Shown piece by piece: positions 38,340 to 51,458 of a stretch of 64,000 nucleotides of DNA. The stretch is from positions 248,001 to 312,000 of the forward strand of contig OZ218959.1 in the NCBI GenBank assembly GCA_965112735.1, written 5' to 3'. A model generated the notes under the pieces. That model saw nothing but the letters and a program-made list of their open reading frames with translations, searched no databases and was not told the origin of the DNA. A program made the position numbers and the translations under genes. This stretch comes from Phaeosaccion multiseriatum (taxonomy: Eukaryota; Protista; Ochrophyta, other classes). Numbering within the stretch: position 1 is the first letter of the stretch; each line of letters opens with the position of its first letter.

Positions 38340-39227
38340 CGCCCCCCAGCCCGGCTAGAGCTGCTGTGCCGCACAACAAGGCGCACCATCCTCGCCCCTA
38401 TAATGCCCGCCCTGTAGCAGCCGCTGAAACTCCAAGCTGGCTCCCGCCCATTCCAAACCCTTCCCTCCCACCACCTACAATAACCAAACCGTTTTGGTGT
38501 TTGTGCCAAAATCCGAAAGCGCACCAGCACACGCAAGAGGACTGCTCTAAGCAGCAATGCTCAAAGGAGGACAGCCTCCGTTGTTCTTCCGAAGCGCTTG
38601 CCCCGCTTGCATCGCCAACCTCGGCCCTCTATTGGCGGATCGTGATCGGTTGCGACACTGCGGCAAAGAAGAGGCTCAGTTATAAAGAACACGCTCAGCA
38701 CCAGAGAGGGAGACTGCTGTGCAAAATCAGTCACAGCACACAAAACTGTAGTCTTGGCGCGGCTCTGCTCACCGCAGGTAGGGCGCAGCACACACAGCCA
38801 AAGTCTGGGGGTACAATTAAAGGGTTTTTGCACCGTTTGCTAAAAACAGGATTTGGAGCGAGAGAGAGAAATGCCGAAATTCCAGTTTGAAAACTCGACA
38901 TTCGCCTCGATTTTTTGCTTTTCTCTTTTCTCCCTGATGATTCTTTTTCTTAGGGTTGCCTAACCCTGGTGCCCTCTACTCTTCCTTCCCCGTGTTTTGT
39001 TACTGGATTGTATCGTATTATATATATTTCACTTGCTTTGTAACTTACGATAAGTACATAATTATTAATCCCACTGCCGTAACGAAGTGGAGAGGGCATA
39101 TCCTATGTCTAGATGAAATTTGAAGAAAGGAAGGAGGGGGCCCAAAAACAGGAGTGACTCTCCCTCCCAGCCTCGCTCTCTCTTTGTGTGTGTGTGTGTG
39201 CGTGCGTGTGTGTGTGTGTGTGCGTGT

Positions 39228-39258
<31 letters not shown>

Positions 39259-39561
39259 CTATTTCTGTCGCTGCTCGCTTGTCTCTGATGCCCCCCCTAC
39301 CTCCCTTGCGTGTGCTCCGTCCACCTGTCTGTCTTGTCTGTCTATCAGTCCGTCTGTCAGTCAGTCTGTCTGTCTGTCTGCCAGTCTGTCAGTCTGTCTG
39401 TCTGACTGTCTATCTGTCGGCCTTCTCACCCCCCTGACCGCTGCCCATCGAGCCAAGCAAGGCAAGTAAGTCTCTTCCCTCTCGCCCCTCGCCGCCCTCG
39501 CGCTCCACGAGCAAGCAAGCCGCAAGCAAGCAAACAAGCAAGCAAGCAAGCAAGCAAGCAG

Positions 39562-39596
<35 letters not shown>

Positions 39597-39673
39597 CACA
39601 AGCAAACAAGCAAGCAAGCAAGCAAGCAGTTCCAGATGAACCTCCTCCCCTCCATCCCTCCCTCCCTGACACG

Positions 39674-42182
39674 TCACTTGGTGTAGTCCATGCTGCCGAT
39701 CTGCTCCAGGTACAGATCGTCGCACACATCCGCGATGCCAGCATCCGAGAAGTCCCTCATACGCATGCCAGCCACGGAGCCCTGCCCCCCCGAGGCCGCC
39801 AAGCCGTTGCCGCCGCCGCCCGCGTCCCCTGAGCCCACCGCATCGGTGTGCCCCCCTCCTCTGCTGCCGAGGGTACTGCCGCCGGTGCTGCCGCCGGTGC
39901 CGCTGCCACTCCCCCCGGGCCCATCGTCGAGGAGGAAGTCCTCCAATGGCGCATACTGCGGATGCTGCTGTATCACCATCGGCTGCTGCTGCTGCTGCTG
40001 CTGCATCGCCAGCTGGTGTTGCTGCTGCAGCCCCTGGTGCTGCTGCTGCTGCTGCTGCTGCGTGTGCTGCTGCTGTGAGGGGTAAGTGCGCGGAAGGTAC
40101 CCTGTGGAGGAGGGGCTCGGCTGCCATTGTTCGTCCTGTGGGTGCTGGTACGACGACTGGTGCTGTCCACCCAACGGCTGCTGCTGGCGGGGGTGATGCC
40201 GCCGCCGCTGCTCCTCCTGCAAGTCCTGATCGTAGAGGGGGTGGTGGTGGGACGGAGGAGGGGGGGCGTCGTGGTGATGGTGGTTGTCGTGCCGTGATTG
40301 CTGATACAGCTCAGGCTCGTACTGATACTGCTTTTGCTGCGGCTGCTGTGGTTTGCTGTGCGTGTGCTGCTGCCGCTGATGCGTGTGCGGATAGCTGTGC
40401 TCGCGCATGTCCTCGTGTCGGTGCTGGGGCGGGTGTGGAGGCTGCTGAGAGTAGGAGTTATCTTGGCGCGCCTGGGAGGACTGCCAAGCCGCTTCCTCCT
40501 CGTGGTAGGCACGCCGACCGCTCATCGCTCCTTCCCCTCCTCTCCCCCTCTCCAGCGTCGACATCTGCTGCTGCTGCTGCTGCGGCGGCGGCGGCGGCGG
40601 TGGCGGCGGCTGGTACTGCGGCTCGTAGTGGGGAAGGTACTGCTGGTCCGACTGGTGCTCATGCCGCTGGTACGGCTCATGTTGGTGGTACGCATTGTCA
40701 TACTGAGCCACTCCAGACGGCGGCACGCTGCGGCCTGAATGAGCACTGTGAGCACTGCCTGAGCGAGACCTGCTGGAGTGAACACTGCCTGCGTGCGAGT
40801 GAGTACTCCCCGAATGCGGCCTGCCGAACTGCGCACCGCTTGAGTGAGAAGCCCCTACCAGATCCATCCCGTCCATCATCCTTGCCCCTCCCGAGTCGTC
40901 CATGGGGTGAGAGAGAGGCAGCTCGAGCTTGGACGCGCCTCCCCCGGGGGGCTTGCCCGCCGTCGGAGGGCCGGGGTCTCCGTCGTGATCCAACACCGCT
41001 GTGTAAGGCCGGCACACGAGCTCTCGAGACGGGCCGGAGTCCCGGTCAGAGCCTGCCGAGAGGGCAGAACGTACAAGAGGTGGACAACAGGGGCATATAG
41101 GATAGGGTGAGGACAGAAGACAGGCCTGCCATGGCACGTGCTGCTACAGAGCGCAGAGGAGCCGCACACAGCAACCCGAAAAGCCTAACCCTACACAACA
41201 CACCCGCACACACACGTATACACAGGGACACGACACCTACCGGGATCGCAGGGGGAGCCGCTCCCCTCCAAAGACTTATCGGTGGGGCGCCACTGCCCCG
41301 CTGCCGCAAAGGACAGGGTGCGGTCCCCAGGCACATAGTGGGTGGGGCCCCCGTTCACGCAGCAGGCCACACGGTCCCAGTCCGGTCGCTTGCCATACTT
41401 GGCTGGAGAGCCGCCATACTTGGCTGGGGAGCCTCCGTACTTGGCTGGAGAGCCTGCGTATCTAGCCGGAGAGCCTGCGTATTTGGCTGGGGACTTTGCG
41501 TATCTCGACGGAGATGGGTAGCTCGAGTACGACGTGCCCCCTCCCTCCTGTCCCTCTCCTTCCCCTTTGCCCTTCGTGAGGCTTGAGGGGCTGTCCGCTG
41601 ACTGCCGCCGTTGGTGCTGTGGCGGCTGCTGCTGCTGCTGCTGCTGCATTAGTTGCTGCTGCTGCTGCTGATGCTCCTTTATCACGGCAGGGTCGTCGCT
41701 GACAGGCCTCCACCTCGGCGCCAACGTGTTGTCACCTCTACTGCGGCACCGTCTCTTGTTCTTGAAGGGGCAGTCGTGCTTGCCCTTCCACTGCCCACAC
41801 TTGCTGCAACGGTACTTGCCCCGCTGCGGCTTGCTCAGCGAAGGAGGCTCGGCCACCCGGTTGTGTGGGTGGTAGGCATCTCCCGACCCCGACATGGCCA
41901 TCGAGGACATTGACATTGGCATGGCAGCAGCTGCCGCAGCAGCATCTGCCGGGCGGGGAGCAGGCCCTAAGGACGCTTGCATGGAAGGAAGTGGAGGGAC
42001 CGGCCCAGACCCCACGGACAAGGAGCGGGCATGGGACGGCGGCCCTGACACATCCAAGTGCTCGGAAGGGTCGGAGTGGCAGTGATGAATGGACTGGATG
42101 GAGGGGTTGGATGATTGGAGGGACTTGGACGCCTTTGTAAGGTCTGCCAGCCCGTCTCCGCTGCTCGGCCTCCTCGAGTGCC

Positions 42183-42216
<34 letters not shown>

Positions 42217-44284
42217 GCTGTTGCTGCTGCTGCTGGTGGTGGTGGTGCTGTTTGAGGTGCTGCTTCCATCTATGACTCTGCTGCTGCTGCTGCTGCTGCT
42301 GCTGCCTCGGAACTGCTCCTCCGTAGACAGCACAAGCAAGAGGAATGGGGGCGGTAGGAGAAGAATACGATTAGGGCCTGAGGGTTCGAGAAAACGAATA
42401 CTGCTTCATCTCAAGTAAACAGCAGCCTAAACACAATTGGGAAAGCAGCAGCAGCAGCAGCAGCAGCAATAGCAGCAGCAGTTTGGTTATACATCGCCCC
42501 TCACCCCTCACCTGCATGTCACCGCCGCCCTCTGACGCGTGGTGCAGGGGACCCCTCTGCTGCTGCTGCTGCATCACCAACTGCTGCTGTTGGTGCAGCG
42601 GCGGCGGCGGGGGCGGATAGTAGTGGGAGGGTGACTGGCGGCCGCCGCTCTGCCGCCTGGGGTCTTGCTGCCTCGAGTCCGGCGGCGGCGGCGGTTGGCG
42701 GGAGTCTTCTCTGTCCCTCTCGCGCACTCGTACAGTACCCCGGTGAGGAGCGTCCGCATTGCTTGCCTCTCCTCCTTGCTCGCCTGGCACGCCCCCCCCT
42801 CTCTCCTTCTCCCCCCCGTCCTTCTCCTCCCCCTTCTCCTCGTTCTCCACCTCCACCGACCCTTGCCGCTGGTGCCCCTGTTCCCTTCCCTCGGTCCTCA
42901 GCTCCCCCCTTGTCGACCCCATACCTAGCAGAGACGAGGTATATCCCGTGGCGCTTGATCTTCTCCTTGCCCCCCCCACATTGCTCCACGGGGCGTCCTC
43001 CTCCCCCCCTCTAATGGGGAGGAACTGCTGACCCAAGGGTACAGCAGAAGGACTGGTCATAGCCTCAAACTTGCCCGTAATCTCTGCCATCCCCCCGAGA
43101 TTTTCCATAAGGCGATTGGGGGGGGAGAGCCGGCTGTAAATACCGCCGCCATCCATGCCCCGCCCCTCCCCTCCTCCTCCTCCTCCTCCTCCTCCTCCTC
43201 CTCCTCCTCCTTCTCCTCCACCTCCTCCTCGTCCTGCTCCTGCTCCTCCTCCTCCTCCTCCTCCTTCCCCCCTGCCCTCCCGCGTTCCCCTCCCTCGCCC
43301 TCCGCCTGAGCCTGAGGACGGACCCCCCAGCAGGCCGAACTCCGACATTTGAGTTAGTGAGGAGCTCGTGCTCATGGGGTAGCCCTCTCCAAAGAATTGG
43401 CCTTTATGCGGGTGCCTGTGCGTGCCGCCGCTGATCCTGCTGCTGCTACCACCCGGGTCACTCCCCGCCTCCCTCCCCCCCATGAGCGCCGCCTGGGGAG
43501 TGGAGTCCGTGGGTGTGCTCCTTGGCGTTGTGCCTAGGTCCATTGCCTGAGCGAGCTGCCAGGTGGTGGGGTCTCCCGGGTGGGTGCCCTCCTCATGCTG
43601 CCCCACATCTGCCACAATGGGCGCGTCAGAAAGAACGGCACGAGCGACAGAGGGTTGGTCGGTCAAGGGGTGGGGGGGGGAGGTCAGGAAGGAGAGTCAG
43701 GCGAGATCAAGGCGAGTTGAGGTGAGAGAGAAAGAAGTTATTCATTCAAGCAGCAGCAGCACGAGCACTAGACCCCCACTAGCACGTTCAAAGTTCCGGT
43801 CCCGACTCCGTTCTCTCCTCCGATCTTACCAATGAGGTTGGAGCGGCCCGCGGCTGAGGATTCGGTCTCATCTCCAGACCCGAGCTCCGCGAGCTCCCCA
43901 CCCCCTCCTTCTCCGCTGCCTCTATCGCCCGTGAAGCGCCGCTTCCTGGCTGGACTGAAGACATCTGGACTGAGCAGTAGAGAAGCTAGCCCCTTGTTCT
44001 CGTCGTATTCCGGCAGCGCCTGTGTACGGAGGGAGGATAAATGTGAGGAAATGAGCAAGAAGAGAAAAGGCCGCAGATACCGACCGAGCCAGGGTCTGCA
44101 TGGCGCCAGTATGGGATGGATCCGCCAAACGTCGAGTCAGCGGTTCACAAGGCGCGCTAGGATCACACCCGCACTCCGATCCAGCCGCCTTCCCTTCCCT
44201 TTCTATTGTTCTCGACCATCCCCCCCCATTCCTCCTGAGTCTCGGGGTAAAGAACGTCTTTCTCCATACCATCAGGGACGACAT
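39674..44284 (-). CDS. Low-complexity (Q/H/G/S-rich) protein with a CxxC...HxC Zn-knuckle-like motif and SPAKY heptads
   Basis: Predicted exons are 44081-44284 (start uncertain), 43830-44019, 42512-43608, 41241-42312 and 39674-41052, phase-consistent GT-AG. Motif KYRCSKCGQWKGKHDCPFK; NLS-like PARKRR. Confidence 0.6.
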
Positions 44285-44416
44285 TGCCACCGCCTCCTTC
44301 TCCGGGAATGTGGGGCGTAATGTCAAGGCATCTGCCTCGTCGTCTTGTAATGCTGCTCTTCACTGCTTCATAACTTCTGTGAGAAGTTGTTCCTGTTTGA
44401 TTGGGAAGTGTCATCA

Positions 44417-44442
44417 GCCAATTAGGAAGCTTACGTAAGCTT
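44417..44442. promoter_or_regulatory. CCAAT box plus perfect 16-bp palindrome AAGCTTACGTAAGCTT in a short divergent intergenic gap
   Basis: gccaattagg is followed by the palindrome at 44427-44442, between divergent starts at ~44284 (-) and 44496 (+). The regulatory function is inferred. Confidence 0.4.
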
Positions 44443-44495
44443 AGCTGGAGGGAAGCGCAACCTTCAAACTACAGTTACATGTTCAAAACGCAAAT

Positions 44496-45275
44496 ATGGG
44501 GGCCAGCAGCAGCAGCAGGGGCGCCAATGGCGAGGAAAGCAGGTCCCTCCTCAGCATGTGCGTCGGTTCTACCATGGACGCCAATGTGTTGTACTTGTTA
44601 GCGGGAAGGCCGCTCGAGCACATCCAGGAGGTGAAGAAAATCGTGCAGGACATTGGGCGAGCAAGCCCAGCTGTGCAGCTGCCAGCCTTCCAGCAGCTCT
44701 TACGCATTGAAGGGAGGATGTTGCATGGCCAGGATACAGGCATAGGAGGACATGACGATGGTCATGGTGGGGGTGGAAGTCATTTTGGTGGAGCATCAGG
44801 GAGGGGGAGGGGAGGAGGGGGGAGAGGAGGAGGAGGAGGAGGAGGAGGAGGAGGAGGAGGAGGAGGAGGAGGAGGAGGAGGAGGAGGAGGAGGAGGAGGA
44901 GGAGGAGGAGGAGGAGGAGGAGGAGGAGGAGGAGGAGGAGGAGGAGGAGGAGGAGTCGCAGCTGCAGCTTCAGCTGCCGCCGCAACAGCCGCAGCAGCCG
45001 CAGCCGCAGCAGAAGCCGCGAAAGCTGTAGCAGCCGCAGGGGCAGAAGGAGGAGGAGGAGGAGGAGGAGGAGGAGGAGGAGGAGGAGGAGGAGGAGGAGG
45101 AGGAGGAGGAGGAGGAGGAGGAGGAGGAGGAGGAGGAGGAGGAGGAGGAGGAGGAGGAGGAGGAGGAGGAGGAGGAGGAGGAGGAGGAGGAGGAGGAGGA
45201 GGAGGAGGAGCCGCAGTCGCAGCAGAAGCCGCGAAAGCTGTAGCAGCCGCAGGCGCGGAAGGAGGAGAAGGAGGA

Positions 45276-45327
<52 letters not shown>

Positions 45328-47799
45328 GAGGAGGAGGAGGAGGAGGAGGAGGAGGAGGAGGAGGAGGAGGAGGAGGAGGAGGAGGAGGAGGAGGAGGAGG
45401 AGGAGGAGGAGGAGGAGGAGGAGGAGGAGGAGGAGGAGGAGGAGGAGGAGGAGGAGGAGGAGGAGGAGGAGGAGGAGGAGGAGGAGGAGGAGGAGGAGGA
45501 GGAGGAGGAGGAGGAGGGGGAGGAGGAGGAGGAGGAGGAGGAGGAGGAGGAGGAGGAGGAGGAGGAGGAGGAGGAGGAGGAGGAGGAGGAGGAGGAGGAG
45601 GAGGAGGAGGAGGAGGAGGAGGAGGAGGAGGAGGAGGAGGAGGAGGAGGAGGAGGAGGAGGAGAGAAAGAAGAAGCCGCAGCTGTAGCTTCAGCTGCCGC
45701 TGCAACAGCCGCAGTAGCCGGAGGAGGAGGCGAAGAGGAAGGAGAAGTATCAGGAGAAGGGGAGCGACGAAAAGAAGAAGGACGAGAAGCAGGAGCGACG
45801 AGAGTAGTAGAGGTAGCAGGAGGAGGAGAAGTAGTGGCAGAGGTAGCAGGCGGGGGAGAGGCAGAAGCCGCAGCAGCCGCAACCGCCGCCGCCGCCGCCG
45901 CAGCAGCAGCAGCAGCAACAGCGGCAGCAGTAGCAGCAGCAGCGGCAGCAGCAGAAGTCGCAGCGGCCGCAACAGCAGCAGCCCCAGCAGGAGGAGGAGG
46001 AGGTGAAGGACAAAAGCCAGTGAAAAAGAAGGCAGGCGAGACTGGGAGGGTAGGAAAGGATGAGGCTCACCACGCTGTGGGCGTCACACCCCTCCACTCT
46101 AGAGAGGGCGGCGCCGCTCCTGGCTCAGCAGGCGGAAGGCACCACGAAGAAGGAGGAATAGGCTCGAGCAGTCTGGGCTCAGCGGCAGCCGCCCACTTGG
46201 CCAACGTGAACGAGAGGGTGGCGGAGCTCTTCGCCTTCCTGGACACCGACCAGAACGGCCTCGTTGACATGGAGGAGGTGAGTGGCTTGCTTGGGAAGAG
46301 GGGGAGGAGAGGGCACGAGGAGGAGGAGAGGAAGGGCCACCACCCACCCACCAGGCTGAGGATCCACTGCTATCTCCGCCCCCCCTCCCCCCCGGATCTA
46401 CTGCACTCCCCCCCCCCCCCCACCTCCCGTCCACTGCCATGCACTGCCATCATCCACTGCCATCCACTGCCATCATCCACTGCTATCTACTGCCACCCAC
46501 TGCCATCCACTGCCATCCACTACCATCCCAGGTCCTGGTGACGATGATCCTCCTGTCGAAGGGCTCTGCGGCGGCGCGCTCGAAACTCATATTCGGTCTC
46601 TTCGACTACGGAGGCCTCGGCTCTCTGCACCTGCACGAAGGAGCCATCGCCATTCGCTCAGTGCTCACCGCCCTCAGCACCATCACCAGAGGGGGTCCTC
46701 CCGACGACGAGCAAGTGCAAGAGGTAGTGGTACAGCTCAACATACCCGAGGCACAGAGCCTGGAGATGGGCCTCACCCAGAGAGAGACTGGGCAGTCCTG
46801 TGGGCAGAGGCAGGAGCAGTCATATGGGCAGGAGCAGGGCTATGGCATGGGACCGGGGCAGAGGTATTGCTTGGAGCAGGGGCAAGAGAAGGTCTCTCTG
46901 CGGCGCTGGATGGATTGGTGCAAGAGTACGAAGGACGTTGCGAGGGTGTTTCGCCTTGTGCAAGCTGCCACCAAGGCGTATGCCATTGGCTTGGAGCAGC
47001 CGCAGCTAAAGGCCTTTGTTGTGGACCCGCCCAAGGCGGAGAAGACCAAAAGGGGCGCGTATAACAAGTAAGGCATGGGAGGGAGGGATGGAGGGAGGGA
47101 GGGAGGGAGGGAGGGAGGGAGGGAGGGAGGGAGGGAGGGAGGGAGGGAGGGAGGGAGGGAGGGAGGGAGGGAGGGAGGGAGGGAGGGAGGGAGGGAGGGA
47201 GGGAGGGAGGGAGGGAGGGAGGGAGGGAGGGAGGGAGGGAGGGAGGGAGGGAGGGAGGGAGGGGAGGGACCAGCCGCCCTCCTACAAGGGGGGGGGCTGA
47301 CCCCCGCCCCCCGCCCATTGCTGCCCCCTATCCACTTGTCGATGTCCCTGAACAACTCCATCAAACCCGACCCATCTAAAATCAACAAACATCCAAACCT
47401 CCAACCATCTGTCTCAACAGGTCCTTTGCGCTCCCCAACGCAAGCCTCTTGCTCGGCGGGGTGGGGCGACGTGGCCAGGCCAAGCTCTCCCCCACCCAGG
47501 GACTGCACAGCAACGTCATCACCACGAGCAGCGGGGGCAAGTTCCATAGAGAGAGCGTGTTGAGTGTCAAGAGAGCCTTCGACACATTGGACAGGGACGG
47601 CTCCGGCTTTGTTGACAGAGTGGCCTGGAGGACGCTGTGCAAGGAGAACAAGGCGGCCCAGGCGCAGGCAATGGGAGGGGATGGAGCCCTTGGATTGGAA
47701 GGGGAGGACATCGTGACCCGCGGACATGCGGCGGAGCTGCTGGAGTCCCTGGGCAGGGGCGAAGAGTGAGTACACGGGCGAGAGGAGGGAAGGCGAGAG

Positions 47800-47839
<40 letters not shown>

Positions 47840-48472
47840 TTGCCCAGCGAGGAGGTCGAGTTACGCTAAAGAGGAGGAGACGGACAATACCCAGGGGTGC
47901 GGTGTGGGGCCTCCCGTCCTCCACCTCCACTGTTCTGTTCAAGACTTTGCCTGCTGACGGAAAATCACCCCCTCCCCGTCCACTGCCCCCCCCCCCCCCC
48001 CCCTCCCCTCCACCCATCCACTGCCATCCTGTGTAGAGAGAAGCGCATCTCTATCGTCGAGGTGCTACAGGAGACGTTTCCCTTCGCGCAGGATGAGGTA
48101 CGTGCATGTATGCTTCATTGGGCCCCTCATTGTATGCTTCATTGGGTCCCTCATCAATTGATGAATTGGAGTGCCAGAGCCGCCCCTTCCCCGGTCGTCA
48201 TCGTTACTGTCGTGTTTTTTTGTGTGTCGCCTCTGTCCACCTGCTGGACGAGCCTTTATGCCCCCCCCTTCCCCCCCTCTCTCTCCCTCCTCCCTCCCTC
48301 CCTCCCCCCCTCCCTCCCCCCCTCCTGCCCGCTCCGACCCCTTTGGTTGGTTTCGCACTCTTCGGCCCTTGATTGATTTTTGACTTATGGACATTGCCTC
48401 TTGGTGTGTGCGTCGCCGGGCCCCATTGGTATACACAGGACATCACCATCATGCTACAGTGGATGTGCCTGG

Positions 48473-48513
<41 letters not shown>

Positions 48514-49508
48514 CAGCAGCTAGGAGGAGGAGGAGGAGGAGGAGGAGGAGGAGGAGGAGGAGGAGGAGGAGGAGGAGAAGGAGGGGCGAGCGGCAAGGCC
48601 GGGGAGGTGGTGATATCGGGCAAGGAAAGGGACGAAATGCAGGCCCTCTTTGCTGACTTCGATAAGGTGCGTGTGTGTGTGTATACGTACGGTGGGTGCG
48701 TGGGTGCGTGGATGCGTGGGTGCGTGGATGCGTGGGTGCGTGAGAGTGCGGGTGCGTGGGTGCGGCAGAGCCTTGGCCGCCTCGGGCTACCTGCTACCTG
48801 TAAGAGGCCAAACCAATGAAGGACCAACAAGTAGAGTAAGCGTACGAGCAAAAGAGGGGCGCGCGACCTCTCTCCCTCTCCCTCTCCCTCTCCCTCTCCC
48901 TCTCCCTCTCCCTCTCCCTCTCCCTCTCCCTCTCCCTCTCCCTCTCCCTCTCCCTCTCCCTCTCCCCCTCCCTCTCCCTCTCCCTCTCCCTCCCTCACCC
49001 TCACCCTCACCCTCACCCTGTCCCTCCCTCTCCTCTCCTCTCCTCTCCCCCTCCTCCCCCTCTCCTCCTCCTCCCCCTCTCCCCCTCCTCCCCCTCTCCC
49101 CTTCCTCCTTCCTCATATGGTCCTCTTCTCTGCTGCCACGCCATCCCTCCTTCCATCCCTCCTTCCATCCCTCCTTCCATCCCTCCTTCCATCCCTCCTC
49201 AGTACGGCACGGGTCAAGTCGGTCTCATGGCACTGGCCGAGAGCCTGGGGCAACAAACACACGTCGCCCCTCGACACATCATCGACCTGTTCCGACGGGC
49301 AGGCAAGAACGTCGATGATGACGGACAGCAGGGGCAGCAAGGAGGACAACAGGGAGGGGGAGGCAGCAAGGAGGACACTGTCGATGCTGCGGAGTTCGCT
49401 AACATCTTCCTTGCCCTCACCGCAGCTGACCCCGGAGGGGTGGGCGGACTCATGCCCAGCAGCTGGACAGGGAGGACTCCCGACGGAGAGGTTGTCTCAG
49501 GAGGGTAG
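44496..49508 (+). CDS. Multi-EF-hand Ca2+-binding protein (NCS/calcineurin-B-like) with N-myristoylation motif and very long poly-Gly/Ala insert
   Basis: Exons 44496-46277, 46532-47067, 47421-47765, 48037-48097, 48439-48666 and 49203-49508. Start MGASSS. EF loops: LFAFLDTDQNGLVDMEE, IFGLFDYGGLGSL, AFDTLDRDGSGFVD, LFADFDKYGTGQV, DTVDAAEF. Confidence 0.78.
44826..45662 (+). repeat. Compound (GGA)n/(GCA)n trinucleotide expansion
   Basis: GGA runs at 44826-44954, 45048-45209 and 45324-45662, separated by Ala-rich modules. Confidence 0.97.
47077..47265. repeat. (GGGA)n intronic microsatellite (G-quadruplex-prone)
   Basis: About 190 bp of near-perfect GGGA in the 5' part of intron 47068-47420. 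Confidence 0.95.
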
Positions 49509-50787
49509 GGGAGGGGGAGGGGTGGGGTAGGGTGGGTTGGGGCGAGGTAGGCGTTTGGCCGAGGAGGAAAGGTTTCTGTGTATTGTATTAATCGAGAATC
49601 GATACGATAACTTGCGACGCGCTCCGCAAAGTGAGTTTCAGCCGTGAGCTGCCATCCTTTGGGGCAATTGAAGAGCCTCCCCTTCTTCCTGTCCTCCTTC
49701 TCCACTTTACACTTGACTTGTATCTCCCCAATCCAAAATGCTTCTCTTCCCCCACGCACGCACGCACGCAAGCACGCACGCACGCACGCGCTCAGCTCTC
49801 CGCGCCGCCCCTTCCTCCTTCCCTCCGGCACCTGCCTCGCGTGACAACTGGCTGGGCCTGATACATTTGCGCCTTGGCCCCCCTTAACTGGGTATCGTAG
49901 AGAGAGCGCAAACAAGGAAGGCCGGACTGGGCACGAAAAGAAGTACAAAGCAGCCCTTTCCTGTCTGTCCTTGCCGTGCCACTCATGTGTGCCTATCCCG
50001 TGGGTGGGGTGGGGCGGCAGGGTAGGTACGTAAGTAGGTACGTAGGTAGGCAGGTGGGCAATCCTGCCCGCCCCCGCTCCGCCACAAACCAGAGCCCACC
50101 CACCCCCTCCCGACTGTCGACATGCGTGAGTGCAGTCCATCAAGAGGCATCGAGTATCGAGTGTCAATATCGAGTGTCAATATCGAGTATCGAAACACAT
50201 GGAACGTCGAGTGTCCCCTCCCCCAACAGCAACTCCCTTCTCCCTCCTCCTCATCCCTACATGCACAGCGAAGGCCGCGTCCTCAGAGCGAGGATGGTGA
50301 GGATGATCGGTCTGACGAGGTTGCAGCTCCGAGGCAGGCAGATCAATGATGCGGCCATGATGCGGTCATGGCGTGACAGACACACACCCCACATCCTTCC
50401 TACGGGGGTGGGCGTGAGGTGACGTACGTCGCTCTGTGGCCGTCCGTTTCCTTCCAGCCCAGGGGGACAGGGGTTCCCGAGGGGGCGGTCCTCCCTCCAG
50501 GGGGCTAAGCGGTGCCCGACGGGGGCCTTCGCAGGGGGGGGGGGGGGGGGCCGGGGGTGTCGGGCAGGGGCGGCTACGGAGTGCAGCAGACATGTGACGC
50601 ACAGCCAGCGGTGAGAGCTATACCACCAACTGCTGTACTACCGTGCTGCTGTGCTGCAGTGCTACTCTTGTCTCCGCCTGGCTCCCTGGCCCCTTGCCTC
50701 TTGTTCTCGGACTCCTCCTCGGGGCTCTGGCTCAAGTCACAGGCCTCTGCCGTATACTAACCGCCACAGTGAGCCTCTGCCTCGGAC

Positions 50788-51046
50788 TCATCCTCGGGCG
50801 GTGACGATCCTAACGAGCACGGCAAGGCACGACACTATCAAGTACACAATGAGCAGCCACAAAGAGCTCACGAAACCGTAGAAGAAAAGAAGGTTCCTCG
50901 CACCGATGCACTGCCCGACAAAGGGACAGTGGTGGTCGAGGCCTCGCACACACGCGCGGCAGAGTGAACAGTGCTTGGCGTCGCGTGGTCTGTGGCGTGT
51001 CGTGGCAGACAGACAGACAGACAGATAGACAGGCAGACAGACAGGC

Positions 51047-51077
<31 letters not shown>

Positions 51078-51114
51078 TAGACAGACGGACAGACAGATAG
51101 ACAGACAGACAGGA

Positions 51115-51163
<49 letters not shown>

Positions 51164-51423
51164 CACAGACAGACAGACAGGCAGGTAGGCAGGCAGGCAG
51201 GCAGACAGGCAGAGGCACGCAGAGGCAGGCAGACAGAGCGAGAGGTTAGGGCAGGAAAGAAGCAAACAGCCAAGGCGGCGAAGGAGGAGGCGGGCATATG
51301 GGCATAGGGGTACATGGGTATGGGAGCGTTGCACAATGTAGTCAGGACAAGGCATGTAAGTAAGTAGGTGGGAGGAGGAGAGGAGGAGAAGATGAGAAAA
51401 TCCCCCTCCCTCCCTCCCTCCCT

Positions 51424-51458
<35 letters not shown>

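Noticed and set aside
44569-45972. 467-aa poly-Leu minus-strand ORF
   Set aside because: Antisense shadow of the (GGA)n/(GCA)n expansion.
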